64,000 nucleotides of DNA from Ginglymostoma cirratum (taxonomy: Eukaryota): the NCBI GenBank assembly GCA_024137785.1, contig JAHRHZ010000004.1, positions 8,588,328-8,652,327 on the forward strand. Reading direction: 5' to 3'. Below the pieces are notes generated by a model. The model worked only from the letters and a program-made list of their open reading frames with translations, searched no databases and had not been told where the DNA came from. Shown here piece by piece: positions 1 to 12,088 of this stretch (positions within the stretch are counted from its first letter, which is position 1; every line of letters starts with the position of its first letter). A program made the position numbers and the translations under genes.

Positions 1-671
1 GATCTCGCTGCAGAACAATGCTGTGGATTAGTAGAATTTGCTGCAAAGCCCTGAGCTAATTGGATGGAAAGTTTGCTTGCTTTACCCCTGTCTATGTGAA
101 AGTCCTTAAGCTGGTGTGTCTATCTTGTAGCTGTTAGGCCCATCTGAGCTATTAAGCCCTAGGAGTTCAACCTTCATATAGAGCAAACTGCTCTGTTGTA
201 TTTGTGCTTACAAAAACAGATTTTTCTAAGCCCTCAGTTGTGCTGAGTTACCGGCCTTGTCTCAATCATTGATAGGGGGATAAATAAGCATTTGTGATGC
301 CCTGACTTGGAGTGAGCTGGATTATTCAGCCTGTGCAAGGACTCAAACAGGCAGCCAAATGTTTTGGTTTAACCAGCTTGGTCTCTACTGCCTGGGCCAG
401 ATGTGTAGATTTAATGCCTTTTGCCTCATTTAATGGATAAGTACGAAATTGGAAGACTTAAATGCACAATCTGAGATGTAGCTATGCAGTCACGGATTGG
501 AAGTTTAGAAAAGTGGCCAAGACGATCAGCACTTGTGCATTATGAGAACCTTGTATGAGGATGCCCATCATCAGGTGCCCTTACATTGCTGAGTAAGTGG
601 CTGTCAATTCCCAGCCCTCCAGTTTGTAAACTATCTGTGAACAATGCTATAAGTGGATAATGAAGGGCTGC

Positions 672-808
672 AAAGTTAGTTTGCAGGTACAGCAAGTAAC
701 TAGGAAAGCTAATTTATAGCAAGGGGAATTGAATGTAAGAGTAGGGAGGTTATGCTTCAGTTATATAGGGCATTGATGAGACTTTGTCTAGTTCACCACA
801 TTTTAAGG
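672..808 (+). mobile_element. CR1-clade LINE ORF2 fragment (degenerate)
   Basis: Encodes relic 'QVQQVTRKAN...RGIECKSREVMLQLYRALMR', typical of CR1 RT C-terminal region. Confidence 0.7.
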
Positions 809-1704
809 ATAGGTCATAGACTGTTGGACAAAATCTTCTGCTTTTAAAAAAATCAGTTACTGGCTGATGTGTAGGAGCAGCTGAAATTGAACAGGGACCT
901 GAGAGAACTTCATGCAATGATCCCATTAGCTGGAATTTGCTAAGACTGTTTGAAATTCCTTTTGCTTAACCACAATTTGCACATGAAGAGAATGGTCGAC
1001 TGCTGTCACAGGTCAAGCACTGCACCCTCCGAATTTAAATTCTGCAAAAGAGAGTAGTCATTGGGCGTCTCTCTCACCATTGGTATGTAGTGAATATTTC
1101 TTTTGTTTTGCAACATTTGCTTCATGAAATAGAGGGTGTGAGTGTTTTACTGGGGTGGCTGATGGGGCAAGGGGGCGGGGGGGTGATGTTGACTGTTGTG
1201 ATATTTTCCTACAAGACTACTCTTGCATCTCCTGCCATCATTCACTACCATAATTTTTCCTTTGTCCTTTTTAATCTAGTGATTTAGTGGTAGAGCATAG
1301 ACCAACGTAGGAGATTCTTGGATAACAAGGGTGCAAATTGCATGAAAACAGTAAATGCAGCTGCAATAGATCAGGCATAATAACTTGCTCCTTAGGGAGC
1401 TGATACAGATACGTTTGCTCCTCACAAAAACTACAGTAGGACTCCTTGTCTCCACTACAGATTGTGTGTGACCCCTGTAGAGCAGGGGAGCTAATAGAGC
1501 ATGACCATTAACCCCTTTAGAATCATTGCCTTAAACAATGGCTACAGATTTTGGGGATCGGAGATGTATGCAAATGTTAAATTTGTAATGAAAGAGCTTT
1601 CTGCATGATTAGGATCACCAGATTGCCCAGTGATATTCAAGGACAAATACATGGTGTATTGAACCAGACTGATCTTTGTCTTAGGCTGTTGAATTTTTGA
1701 AAAT

Positions 1705-1890
1705 TCATTCGTGGAATGTGAGCATCACTAGCTAAGCCAACATTTGTTGCCCATCTCTAAACGTTTTAGAGCAAGTGTACATGAGTCTTCTTTAACTGCT
1801 GCTATCCATGTGGTGTGGGTGCATCAACACAGAGATGTGAGGAAGGACATTCCAGGATTTTGACTGAGTAAAGTAAAAGTGAAGGAATAA
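1705..1890 (-). mobile_element. 3' end of LINE sharing its tail with SINE family B
   Basis: 'attcattcgtggaatgtgagcatcactagctaagccaacatttgttgcccatc...ttccaggattttgac'; similar copies at 27440-27630 and 39478-39710. Confidence 0.55.
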
Positions 1891-2007
1891 CTCTAGTGCA
1901 GTGTGTTGCTAGCAGGGACTGCAGGCTAGAAAACGACAATTCATTATTGTACTCTACATTATGTTTCATTATATCTGTCTAGAATGAGAGGTCATGGTTG
2001 TAGATTT

Positions 2008-2231
2008 TGTAGTGATTTTGTGACAAGGTCAGCCAACTGGACCTTATAGGGTATGAGTTCCCTGACTGGACCAGATTAACGGTGCCAATCAGGGAACTCC
2101 AGCTGACATTAAGAGACTGGAGTGTCAAAGATACTTACACTGGTGCCTAACTCTGTATGAGTTAGTCAAGGAATGTTCATGTGTAAAGGGTGACTTGGCG
2201 ATGAGATACTGGCCTCTGTAGAGCTATTTCA
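2008..2231 (+). mobile_element. Short solo LTR (TG...CA), family shared with 42803-43185
   Basis: Starts tgtagtga, ends tatttca; internal 'ccaatcagggaactcc' and 'aaagggtgacttgg' match the copy at 43000-43185; no TSD seen. Confidence 0.6.
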
Positions 2232-3702
2232 GTCATGTCATGATCCTAACTCTGCCTCCTATCTGATGGGATTTCCTGAAGGGCTTGACCTTGCAATTTT
2301 GGGTGTTTTGATGATTGGCCACTTGGTTAAGACCACAGAGGCAATGATGTGTAAGAAAGCTGTACTCTGTGTAAAATATAATTTTGGATGAGGAAGGAAA
2401 TGGGGGAGGTGGAAGTAAAATGGATTAACATTTGTATTCCGTTTTGAATGTGTTATTTGTCTAGAGGGAGGATGTTGAGGATCTATATGCTAGACCTTTC
2501 CTAGAAACAATGTGTAGGAAGCTTGTTAGCAACTCAGTTTGTCACGGTCGTTTTTCAGTATTGTGTTTTTTTTCACTTGTTTCTAGATGTATCTTTGTTA
2601 AGCTGCCAAAAGGACTGACTAAAGTAAAATTGTATTTTGCACCTGACTATTGTAAAATGCTCACATTGCCCCAAATGATATTGTCTCTCCTTCATTCGAG
2701 TTGTGTCAAATTCCTTTGTTTTACAAAACAAACCAGCAGCCGCAGACTGAAAGCTCATCTGGCTGTCTGGAATTGAAAGAGTGAGTCTCCAGCTGTCATA
2801 TGCACGGGTATTTCCTTCAGATGATGGGAATAGGTGTATCACCAGGGATTGCATCTATTAAAGACACCCACTCACCAAATCCAAATCCAAAGCCCTCCTG
2901 TCCTGCCTGCACATCTGACCCCGTCTTTCCTGTTCCCCTCTCCTCCTGAAGGCTGGTTGAAGGATAATACAAGTAGATCCTCAATATCTCAATGAGGTCA
3001 TGGGCATGTCTAGTCTGTGAGGGCTGGTTATTATGGGCCAAGAGTATTGCAGCTAATGTTAACTTCATACCCACAAGTGTGCTTCACGTACATGTCTCTA
3101 AATAAGGAGAACAGTTTAACTTGTTTTTCACCATTTTTAAAAAAAAATCCTTAAGTGGCAATCAATGATCAAGAACCTTCCTAGTGAACTATAGACCAGG
3201 TATGAGAAAAATAAGCTCCTTTTTTCTAAGTTATTTTTTGTTTTTCCTGCTCATTGAGTGATTCCTGCTAACTGCACACTACACTTTTCTGTTTTGTTTT
3301 TACAATGACACCATGCAAACATAACTTTAGTTCTAATGGGTCGTGAATATCAGTCAAGAACCTGACCAAAGTGGACTGCTTTTTTCAAAAAAAAAGGTTT
3401 TTTTTTGTAGCTTTCCTCAGGGAAATTTTGAAATGATGGTTGTGGTCGAGATAGCAGTTTTCAAAATAAAAGAAAAATCACTGTTTGGAAGCAGAACATG
3501 AGGGGATGATATCTCGTACTGCCATAGACATTTTACCACAACTGGATCACCTATGCTTTGGAAGGTTAAAGAAACTTGCTGAGTTTCCTACCTTCTCATA
3601 CATATCACAGTGAATATTGACTGCAGCACAAGCAGACAGATTGCTAGAAATCTGGCCATCGTCAAATCTCCCAGCTGTGGTCCTGCTATTTATTTCACTC
3701 TC

Positions 3703-4460
3703 TTTTTTTCACTGGAAGTGCTGACCAGGCCACCAGTTGTTGATTACCCCTAATTGCCCTTGTATTCAGTGGCTCTCTAGGTCATGTCAGAGGGCAGTTA
3801 AGAATCAATCATATTGTGTGGTTTTGGAGTTGGACACAGGCCTGACCAGGTAAGAACCTTCTGAGCATTAGTGAACCACATGAGTCTTTACATCAGTGAT
3901 GGACTCATCGTCGTCATGGTCATTGTCATTATGATCATCATCATTTGAGACTAATGGATTTTATTATACAGCCATACAGCATGGAAACAGATCCTTTGTC
4001 CACCACGACCATAATCCCAAATAAACTAGTCCCTGCCTGCACTTGACCAAAATCCCTCAATATTTGTTATTCATGTACATGTATAAATGTCCTTTGAATG
4101 TTGTATCTGTACCTGCATTCACCATTTCCTTTGGAAGTTCCTTCCACACACGAGCCACTCAGTGTTACTTAAAAAAAAAATGGCCCTGCATGTCCTTTTT
4201 TTAAAATCTTTCTCCACTTACCTTTAAAAAAAAAAATGCTCCCTTGTCTTGAAATCCCTCACCCTAGGGAAAAGACACCTGCCATTTACCTTATCTATGT
4301 CTCTTATGATGTTATAAATCTCTATAAGGTCACCCTTCTACCTCCTACTTAATACTAACTGAATTTAAACTCCACCAGTTAGTGTGGTGGTATTTGAGCC
4401 CATGACCCTGAACATTAGATTACTAGTCCAATGATCTTACCACTGCACCACCATCTCCCC
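3703..4460 (-). mobile_element. tRNA-derived SINE family B, interrupted by a CR1 fragment
   Basis: Head 'ggggagatggtggtgcagtggtaagatcattggactagtaatc' on minus strand; tail 'agggcaattagggg'. Confidence 0.7.
3966..4347 (-). mobile_element. CR1/HER1-like LINE 3' fragment nested in SINE B
   Basis: Same sequence family as 5847-6385 ('catacagcatggaaacaga...ccctagggaaaagac'). Confidence 0.8.
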
Positions 4461-4508
4461 ATCAGGCATAGGGAACCTTGTACTTTTTAATTATAGCCTT
4501 TTGTAAAA

Positions 4509-4729
4509 ACCAAAAGAACTGCATATGCTATAAATCAGAAACAAAAACCGAAATTGTTCGGAAATCCTAGCAGGCCTGGCTGCACTTGTAAAGATAAATC
4601 AGAGTTTAACATTTTGAAACTGGTGACTGTTCCTCAGAACAGGACCTGTAAATCTCAAACTCTTATCTCTCTTCACAGATGCTGCCAAACCTGCTGTGCT
4701 TTTCCAGCAATGTTGGTTTCAGTTTTTGG
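4509..4729. mobile_element. PLE-derived fold-back insertion (older family)
   Basis: Inverted PLE terminal arms; TSD gccttttgtaaaa 4496-4508 / gcctttcgtaaaa 4730-4742. Confidence 0.7.
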
Positions 4730-5204
4730 GCCTTTCGTAAAATGTTAATTGAAGCCTGTTTTTAAAACAAAAAATCTTCTTCCTTTTTTGAAAGTTCCAT
4801 CTTTATTGTATCGGGTTCCCTCTGGAGTGGGATTACTGTGTATCCAGGTAGATTCCAAGCTAAGGGAATGGGTTGGGATGATGGTCTGACAGGAAAACCT
4901 GAGCTCTGAGGCAAAATTTGCAAAACGCGTGCAATTGAGAATGGTGTGCGGAATTTACTGCAGCAGGAACTGTTTAATCTCAGATCCATTGGCTCACAGT
5001 CATGAGTGTGCAGTGCAGCTGGTTCCTAAAGTCCATTTGTTCACTCTTAGAAAGGCATTTGACTGAGATCAAGTCATCTGCCAAGCTCGAATGTCATTGC
5101 ACCATCAGAGTATCACTATCAAATGGACCTGGGTTAAGTCCCACCAAAGAGACCTGCTCTTTGCTTAATTGTCTGAGCTTTTTCACTTGGACTGAGGTGA
5201 AAAA

Positions 5205-5820
5205 AAGGTTTCATTCGTATAGTGCCTTACACGACCACCAGGCATCCCAAAGCATTTTGCTGCATAAGCAGTATTTTTGTTTTAAGTGTGGTCACCATTG
5301 TTGTGATGTGGAAAAGTACAGCAGCTAACCTGTGCACAGCAAGCCCCTACAAACAGCACTGCAATAATGTGTGGGGGATGGTTAGCTCACTTAGCTGGAT
5401 GGGTGGTATGTAGTGTGGACCAGTGTGGGTTCAGTTCCTATCTGGGCTGAAGTTCCCATCTTCTCTGTCTCTCTCCTTGCATCAGGAGTCTGGAGTTAGC
5501 ACCAACCACCTCTTTTTAATGGGATTATGATGACTTTACTAATGGTGAGATAACCTGTTCCTGTGATATTGATTTGAACGATGAGTATCAGTAAGGACAC
5601 CAGAGAGAATCCATTGCTTAACTTTGGAGTAGTGCCACAAGACCATTTAAATTTTCAGAGCCACTGGGTGGTATGGTACTGAAAGAAGGCATAGGATTTC
5701 TCATTACTTGTGCTGGGATCAGGGGAAGGAGCTGGTCCGACTTGATCTTTGGGTTCAAGCCTAGAGTGGGACTTGAACCCACAATCTTCTAAGTCAAAGA
5801 CACATATACTACCGACTGAC
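5205..5820 (-). mobile_element. SacSINE1/DeuSINE-like element
   Basis: Head 'ttgtgggttcaagtcccactc' and tail 'aaatgctttgggatgcctggtggtcgtgtaaggcactatac' on minus strand. Confidence 0.65.
5372..5540 (+). mobile_element. Short tRNA-derived SINE family C nested in DeuSINE
   Basis: 'ttagctcacttagctgg...gtgggttcagttcc...gactttact'; related copies at 35135-35325 and 53845-54105. Confidence 0.55.
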
Positions 5821-5851
5821 GTGAAGCAGCCTCTGCTGCACTGAGCTAGAG

Positions 5852-6447
5852 TCATACAGCACAGAAACAGACCCTTCACTCCAACTTGTCCATGCTGACC
5901 AGATGTCCTAAATTAATCTAGTCCCATTTGCCAGCATTTGGCCTATATCCCTCTAAACCCTTTCTATTCTTGTACCCATCCAGATGCCTTTTAAATGTTG
6001 TAATTATACCAGCCTCCACCACTTCCTCTGGCAGCTTGTTCCACACACACACCATCCTTTGCATGAAAATGTTGCCCCTTAGGTCCCTTTTAAATCTTTC
6101 GCCTCCCACCTTAAACCTCTGCCCTCTAGTTTTAGACTTCCCTACCCTGGGGAAAAGACCTTGACTGTTTACCCTATCCATGCCTCTCATGATTTTATAA
6201 ACGTTCTGTAAGGTCACCTCTCAGCCTTTGATGTTCCAGGGAAAATAGCCCCAGTCTATTCAGCCTCTCCCTGTAGCTCAAACCCTCCAACCCTGACAAC
6301 ATCCTTGTCAATCTTTTTCTGAACCCTTTCAAGTTTCACAACATCTTTCCTAAAAGAATTGAATGGATTATTCCAAAATTGGCCTGAATTCTGGTCTCTC
6401 TGCTATAGAAAAGATGTTGTGAAACTTGAAAGGGTTCAGAATAGATT
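5852..6447 (-). mobile_element. CR1/HER1-like LINE 3' fragment with fold-back 5' end
   Basis: ORF 5918-6217 'VYKIMRGMDRVNSQGLFPRVGKSKTRGQRFKV...WNKLPEEVVEAG' is CR1 ORF2 C-terminus; TSD agctagag 5844-5851 / 6448-6455. Confidence 0.9.
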
Positions 6448-7529
6448 AGCTAGAGGAGAGGTTTTGAAACATCAGCCAGGTTTCTCACTCCCATCGCTGT
6501 CCAGTGACTACTCTGGGAACGATGTGGGTAGAGGCAACTTGCCAACTGAGCTGTACCCATGTGCTGGCTGCATTTGGGAGAGGAGACCAGGGAACCTTTT
6601 TCTGCAAAAAGCAGTTACTTTTTAAAATGATGAAACCCAGGCAAAACAATCCACAGTATCCAACAGTTACCGTGCTGCCAAAGATTAATGTCATTGGGAC
6701 TGGAATGTGAGCTTTATTCCATGCATGAGAAAATAGCCTGATTCTCAAGGTTTTTTTTGTGTGTTGCACCTATTCACAAACTTGGATGTGGTTCAGAATT
6801 CCCAGAGAACAAAGAGACCTGTATCCTACTGGCTCAGGGAGTGAACCTGGTGAGTATAGCTATGTACAATACCGTTCTCTCACTCAACACTGATGCTGTG
6901 ATAACTTGTTAAAAGAAAGTGTGTTGGACTGGATGAATTGTGTGACCTTTTAAGAGACAATGTTGATCTTCTTCAGTACAACCCAGACATAAATTTCAGA
7001 AAAATAAGAGTCCATTCTTGTTTTCTGCTTATTTTGACCACACAGTCATACTGCGGAGCTGGAAAGTGGTGAAGAAACATCATTTAGAGTTCCTGATTGA
7101 CCCTGAGTACCTCGTGTTCCTGATCAACACCTGGTGAATGCTGCAGGGAAGTTGCGCCTGTGTGCATTCCTGGTGGAGATCTGGCCAGTCTTGGCTGTGA
7201 GGTCTTCCTCATAGTCAACATCTGGTATCTAGAGCTGTAGGTAAAGGGTAGTAGTTTGAGGTGAGAGATCAGAAAATGGCCATCAACTCTGCAATTGTAT
7301 GTAATAAACACAACCAGTACCCTATGAAGGAGAAATATATTAGAAAGGGGTGGAGGTGTCTACCTATTGCATAAAAACAGTCATGACCCAGACCTTTTCT
7401 TGAGCAGTCTCTTCCAATAATGTGAATTTCCACTTTAGCATTGTGTGCATGTGAACGACCATGAGTTCCTGCCTCATTGGAAGAATGTTTGGATGAGGTT
7501 ACATCAACAGGAGTTCTTGGAGAAGTTAG

Positions 7530-7632
7530 AACAAAAAGTGTTGGAGAAACTCAGCAGGTCTGGCAGCATGTGTAGAGAGAGAAACAGTTAATTTTTTGAG
7601 TCCAGTATGACTCTTCCTGATGAAACGTCTGC
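7530..7632 (-). mobile_element. PLE terminal-repeat fragment
   Basis: 'gttggagaaactcagcaggtctggcagcatgtgtagagagagaaacag' motif shared with other PLE ends in window. Confidence 0.65.
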
Positions 7633-8001
7633 TTTCACTGGCCAGTTTTCTAGTACAAATGAAGTGATCCAATGATAACTTGCAGTATAATGGTACACTG
7701 GTCTGTGCTCAAGAATTCAGACATTACCTTCTCGTGAGAAAAAACATAAGTGAAACAACGTATTCTACACAAACATCAGCAGTGCATAAATTTGCATGGT
7801 AGAGTTTTCACGTGAAGACTGATGAGTGACATGTAGCGTTGTCTGAAACTCTGATAATCCCTATTGTCACTACAATTTAATTTTTCATGGTCTATTGCAA
7901 AGCAGCACCAGCTATTTGTCCTGGTATCTTCCTTTCTAATAGTTTTACAATTGGAGTAACATGATAGAATAAGCTTCTTCCAAGTTGGAATAGCACCAAT
8001 G

Positions 8002-8395
8002 AAAGAACTTGCATTTAGATATAACCTTTTGCAATCCCTGCCACCCTAAAATGCTTTACGGTCAATGACATACTAATGAATGGTAATCCTCATGGTCATA
8101 AAGGTAGATTCAGCAGAGAATTTGCATGCAGCTAAGTTCCACAAATGGCAATGAGGTGACTACTGTGTAGTTGACATGATCTCTGTTAAAGGGTAAATGT
8201 TGGATGAGACAGCTATCCTGTGCTTCAAACAAATGATCTTATGGGATCACTAATAATCATCAGAGAGGATAGTCAGGGTTTTGGTTTATCCTTCCCCAAG
8301 AGGTAGCAGCCCACATTATTGCAGAAGGTGCTGTACTAACCACCCAGTACAGCCTGAACCCGGGGTGAGTGTTACCAATCGCCAAGGCTGACACA
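8002..8395 (-). mobile_element. Degenerate SacSINE1/DeuSINE-like element
   Basis: 'aaagaacttgcattt...aatttgcatgcagc...tgggatc...ggttt' matches Deu-SINE layout. Confidence 0.55.
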
Positions 8396-9324
8396 CAATG
8401 CTTTGTTTTGTTTTACTCCCCGTGACCAAATTCGAAACATGATTACAAGTCAAACTTAGAAAATATTGGAAGTCCCTGTGGAGCAATGAATCTGAAGCAC
8501 TTTCAGCATAAATTAACCAGCAAAGTTCAAATTACAGATGCTACATCCACTGCAGCACACACCTACCACCTACACCCAAGTGGGCTGTGTGCAAGAGAGC
8601 CCTCTATCAACTTTTGTCATGCATTCAGTGTCAGGTTGCTCCAGCAACTTTGCTTTCAGGAAGTGGAAGATTTCTAGATGACAGTTCAGCTTCTGTAAAA
8701 TTTCTATTAAAATAGAAGTTTTGACCTAAGCACTGCTAAACTCCTCCGAGGCCAATGAATCAAAGGCTTTGACTCCACCCAACATTCAGTTCCTTCTATA
8801 TTCTAACCTTGAGATGGCAAATTCCCGAACATTTGGGGAATGTTGTTAAACTGAGAGCAGCTTGAAAGCCCCTGCTTCCCACTGACAAGCTGATATTCCT
8901 TTAGTTGGGATGGTGGCAGGATTAGGATAGGGATGACATTTATCCAGTGTATTCAAGCTTTAAAAAGGTGACATTGTCAAAGGTGTGACACAAAGATAGG
9001 TGAAGGGGCACATAAAGTTGGGGAAACATGGAAGCTGTAGAGGGATCTGGACAGGGTAAGAGAGTGGGCAGGTGGAATACAACGTGGGAAAGTGTGAGGT
9101 TATGAGCCTTGGTAGGAAGAATGGAGATGTAGACTTTTTTCTAAATGGTGAGAAGCTTTTGAAATCTGAAGCATGGAATGTCTTCATAGTCTTAGTTCAG
9201 GATTCTCTTCAGGTTAACATGCAGGTTCAGTTGGCAGTTAGGAAGGCAAATGCCACGTTAGCATTCATTTCAATAGGATTAGAATACAAAAGCAGGGATG
9301 TAATGCTGAGGCTGTATAAGGACC

Positions 9325-9578
9325 ATCGGAACACTGGAATTAAGAGCAGGAGAAGGCAATTCACCCCTCATGCCAGCTCCACCATTTAATATGATCACGA
9401 CTGATCTTATTCTTGCCTCAACTCTACTTTCCTGCCTGGCCCCCATAGCCCTATATCCCACATTTCATTAAAATATGCCAACTTCTTTCTTGAATCTGTT
9501 TGACTCTGCCTCCATTGCAAGTCTGGGGCAGTGAGTTCCACAGATTCAAAATGCTCCTGAGAGAAGGAGTTTCTCCTC
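9325..9578 (-). mobile_element. CR1 3' fragment inserted antisense within another CR1
   Basis: 'gagcaggagaaggcaattcaccc...gagttccacagattc' is a reverse CR1 tail. Confidence 0.75.
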
Positions 9579-10091
9579 CTCTCGGTTTTGAACCCAAGGC
9601 TGTGGTCAGACTGCATTTGGAATGTTGTGAGCAGTTTTGGGCCCTTCTAGGGAAGGATGTGTTGGCCTTGGAGGCCATCTGGAGAAGGTTATGTTTAAAA
9701 AAAAAACAACCCAGGAATGAAGGGATTTTCACATGAGGAGTGGTTGAGGACTCTGGGTCTGTACTTGATGATGGAGTTTAGATGGATGATCGGGATCTGA
9801 TTGAAATTTACCGAATATTGAGAGGCCTGGATAGAGTGGATTTGGGAAAGATGTTTGCACTAGTAGGAGAGACTGGGACCTAAAGGCACAGCCTCAGAGC
9901 GAAGGGACAGCCCTTTAGAACTGAGACGAAGAGGAATTTCTTCAGCTAAGGGGTAGTTATTCTATGGAATCTGTTGCCACAGTGGTCTGTCACTGAGTGT
10001 TTTTAAGATAAATAGGTTCTTTTTAGTAAGGGGATCAAGGGTTACTGGGAGAAGGTAGGAGAATGAGGTTGAGAAACAAATCAGCCATGAA

Positions 10092-10375
10092 GGGTGACAC
10101 AGTGGCTCAGTGGTTAGCCCTGCTGCCTCACAGTCCCGGTGACTGTCTGTGTGGAGTTTGCACATTCTCCCCGTGTCTGCGTGGGTTTCCTCTAGGTGCT
10201 CCAGTTTCCTCCCACAATCCAAAGGTGTTCAGGTTAGGTGGATTGGCCCATGCTAAACTGCCAATAATGTTCAGGGATGTGAAGATTAGGGGAATGGGTG
10301 TGGGTGGGATGCTCTGAGCATCAGTGTGGACTTGTTGGGCTGAAGGGCCTGTTTCCACACTGTAGGGATTCTATG
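10092..10375 (+). mobile_element. HE1-type V-SINE
   Basis: tRNA head 'gtggctcagtggttagc', V-domain 'tgtgtggagtttgcacattctccccgtgtctgcgtgggtttcc', tail 'gtagggattctatg'. Confidence 0.9.
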
Positions 10376-10875
10376 GTCAAATGGTGGAGCAGACTCAATG
10401 GGCCAAATGGCCTAATTCTTCTCCTGTACCTGATGGTCTGATTGCAGTAATTGTGTACTTTCCACTTTCATAAATCCAATAGTCTTCTTCCTCTCTCCAT
10501 GAAAATTTCACTTTGTTATGTTACTTCCCTTGAGAATAAATTGCTCTTTGGCTGGACCAATAATTTCCTTATGGGTCTGTAATATCATACAAGTGAGTGC
10601 TTGCTAGGGTAAGTTTTGTTCCATAGCTGCCTTTTGCTCATAAATGAAGCTGGAGAGTTTGTTCACAGGCAGTTCAACATCGGTAAAGGCCGAGTGCTAA
10701 ACTTAGTCTGTGTCTTTGCAAGCACACATTTTCCAGTAGAATCCTAGAATGGTGACCAGGAATGGGAGTTGAGGAAGACTGCCTACACCTGAGATCAGTT
10801 AACTCCATGTTGACCAGGGAATAAGACTGGGCTCATCCTGGTTTGTAGGGTTCAGTTACACTTTGCTAAGTCCCT

Positions 10876-11265
10876 AGAGATAATAAGAACTGCTCACGCT
10901 GGAGTCAGAGACAACACAATGTGGACCTGGAGGAACACAGCAGGCCAGTCAGGAGCAGAGGAGCAGGAAAGTTGACATTTTGGGTCGGGACCCTTCTTCA
11001 GAAATGGGGAGGGGGAAGGGAGCTCTGAAATAAATAGAGCAGGGGTGGGAATGGGGAAGGTAGGTAGGATGGTGATAGATGAGTGCAGGTAGGCAGTGGT
11101 GGGGATTGATGAGGAGGGAGGAGCGGATAGGTGGGAGAGAAGACGGACAGGTTGTGTCAGGTCAAGGAGGCGGGATGAGAGGGAGGGTTGGTCATGGGAT
11201 GAGGCCGGGAGTGGGGAGATTTTGAAACTAGTAAGACCCACATTTAGGCCTATGGGTGGTAGGCT
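10876..11265 (-). mobile_element. PLE 3' fragment (GIY-YIG tail plus terminal repeat)
   Basis: 'LTSFKISP' end of PLE ORF; pyrimidine-rich UTR; decayed hammerhead CTGAAGA-agggtcccgaccc-AAAA. Confidence 0.85.
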
Positions 11266-11294
11266 GGTAAGTCTGGCTTTCTTAAACTATGTGC

Positions 11295-11460
11295 GAAGAT
11301 GTGCAGGTTAGGTGGATTGGCCATGCTAAATTGCCCGTAGTGTTCAGGGATGTGTAGATTAGGTGGGTTACAAGGGGACACGTGTGGTTGGGATACTCCG
11401 AAGTTCGATGTGGACTTGTTGGGCCGAAGGGCCTGTTTCCACACTGTAGGGATTCTAGAT
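11295..11460 (+). mobile_element. HE1 SINE, 5'-truncated
   Basis: 'gatgtgcaggttaggtggattggccatgctaaattgccc...gtagggattcta'. Confidence 0.85.
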
Positions 11461-12011
11461 TCCAGAGTGAAACAAAAGTAACTTAATTGTACAACATCTT
11501 TAATGAAGGAGCAAAATGAAATGCTTCATCATTGTAGCAAAACTAACTCTGAACAAAATGACGGTTGATTTAAGGCCCATCTTAAAAGCTGCCGCTTTTA
11601 AAGATATGGGAGCAAGGTGGAGAGGAAAAGGGCTAAGATCAGAAAGAGGAATACTTGAGCATTGGGATTAGACACCAAAGACATGATCCACTGGACATGC
11701 AAAATGCGCAAGAAGGTGGATGTTGGTGGAAAGCAGACATCTTTTATTGCGCATCATCAAAAAACCAAGAATCAGACCATCAAGAATGAATTGTGTGTTC
11801 ACCTGTTGAAATTTTGGGAAGGTGCAAAGCAGAGTTTAAAAGCTTGAGCATTTTCATGCAATACAAATCTGAGCCTTCACTCCATCTTTTAACTGATCAT
11901 ACCCACCCATACTCCTGATGCCTACACTGCTGCAACTCGCCGTAACTATTTGTTTGTACTTTCTGATGATAAAATGCCTTGCTGATACAGTGCTGAGCAT
12001 ACGTGGTTGCT

Positions 12012-12088
12012 TGTGCGTGCACAGTTGTGTACGCATGCGTGCACATATACACACATATACATGTGCACATATGCGCACATGCACATGT
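12012..12088. repeat. Alternating purine-pyrimidine (CA/TG/CG/TA) microsatellite
   Basis: tgtgtacgcatgcgtgcacatatacacacatatacatgtgcacatatgcgcacatgcacatgt. Confidence 0.85.

Larger units (their letters stand above)
8975..10442 (+). mobile_element. CR1-clade LINE 3' part (RT C-terminus to tail), with nested insertions
   Basis: ORF 9072 'EYNVGKCEVMSLGRKN...QVQLAVRKANATLAFISIGLEYKSRDVMLRLYK'; resumes at ~9595 and after the SINE at 10376. Confidence 0.9.
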
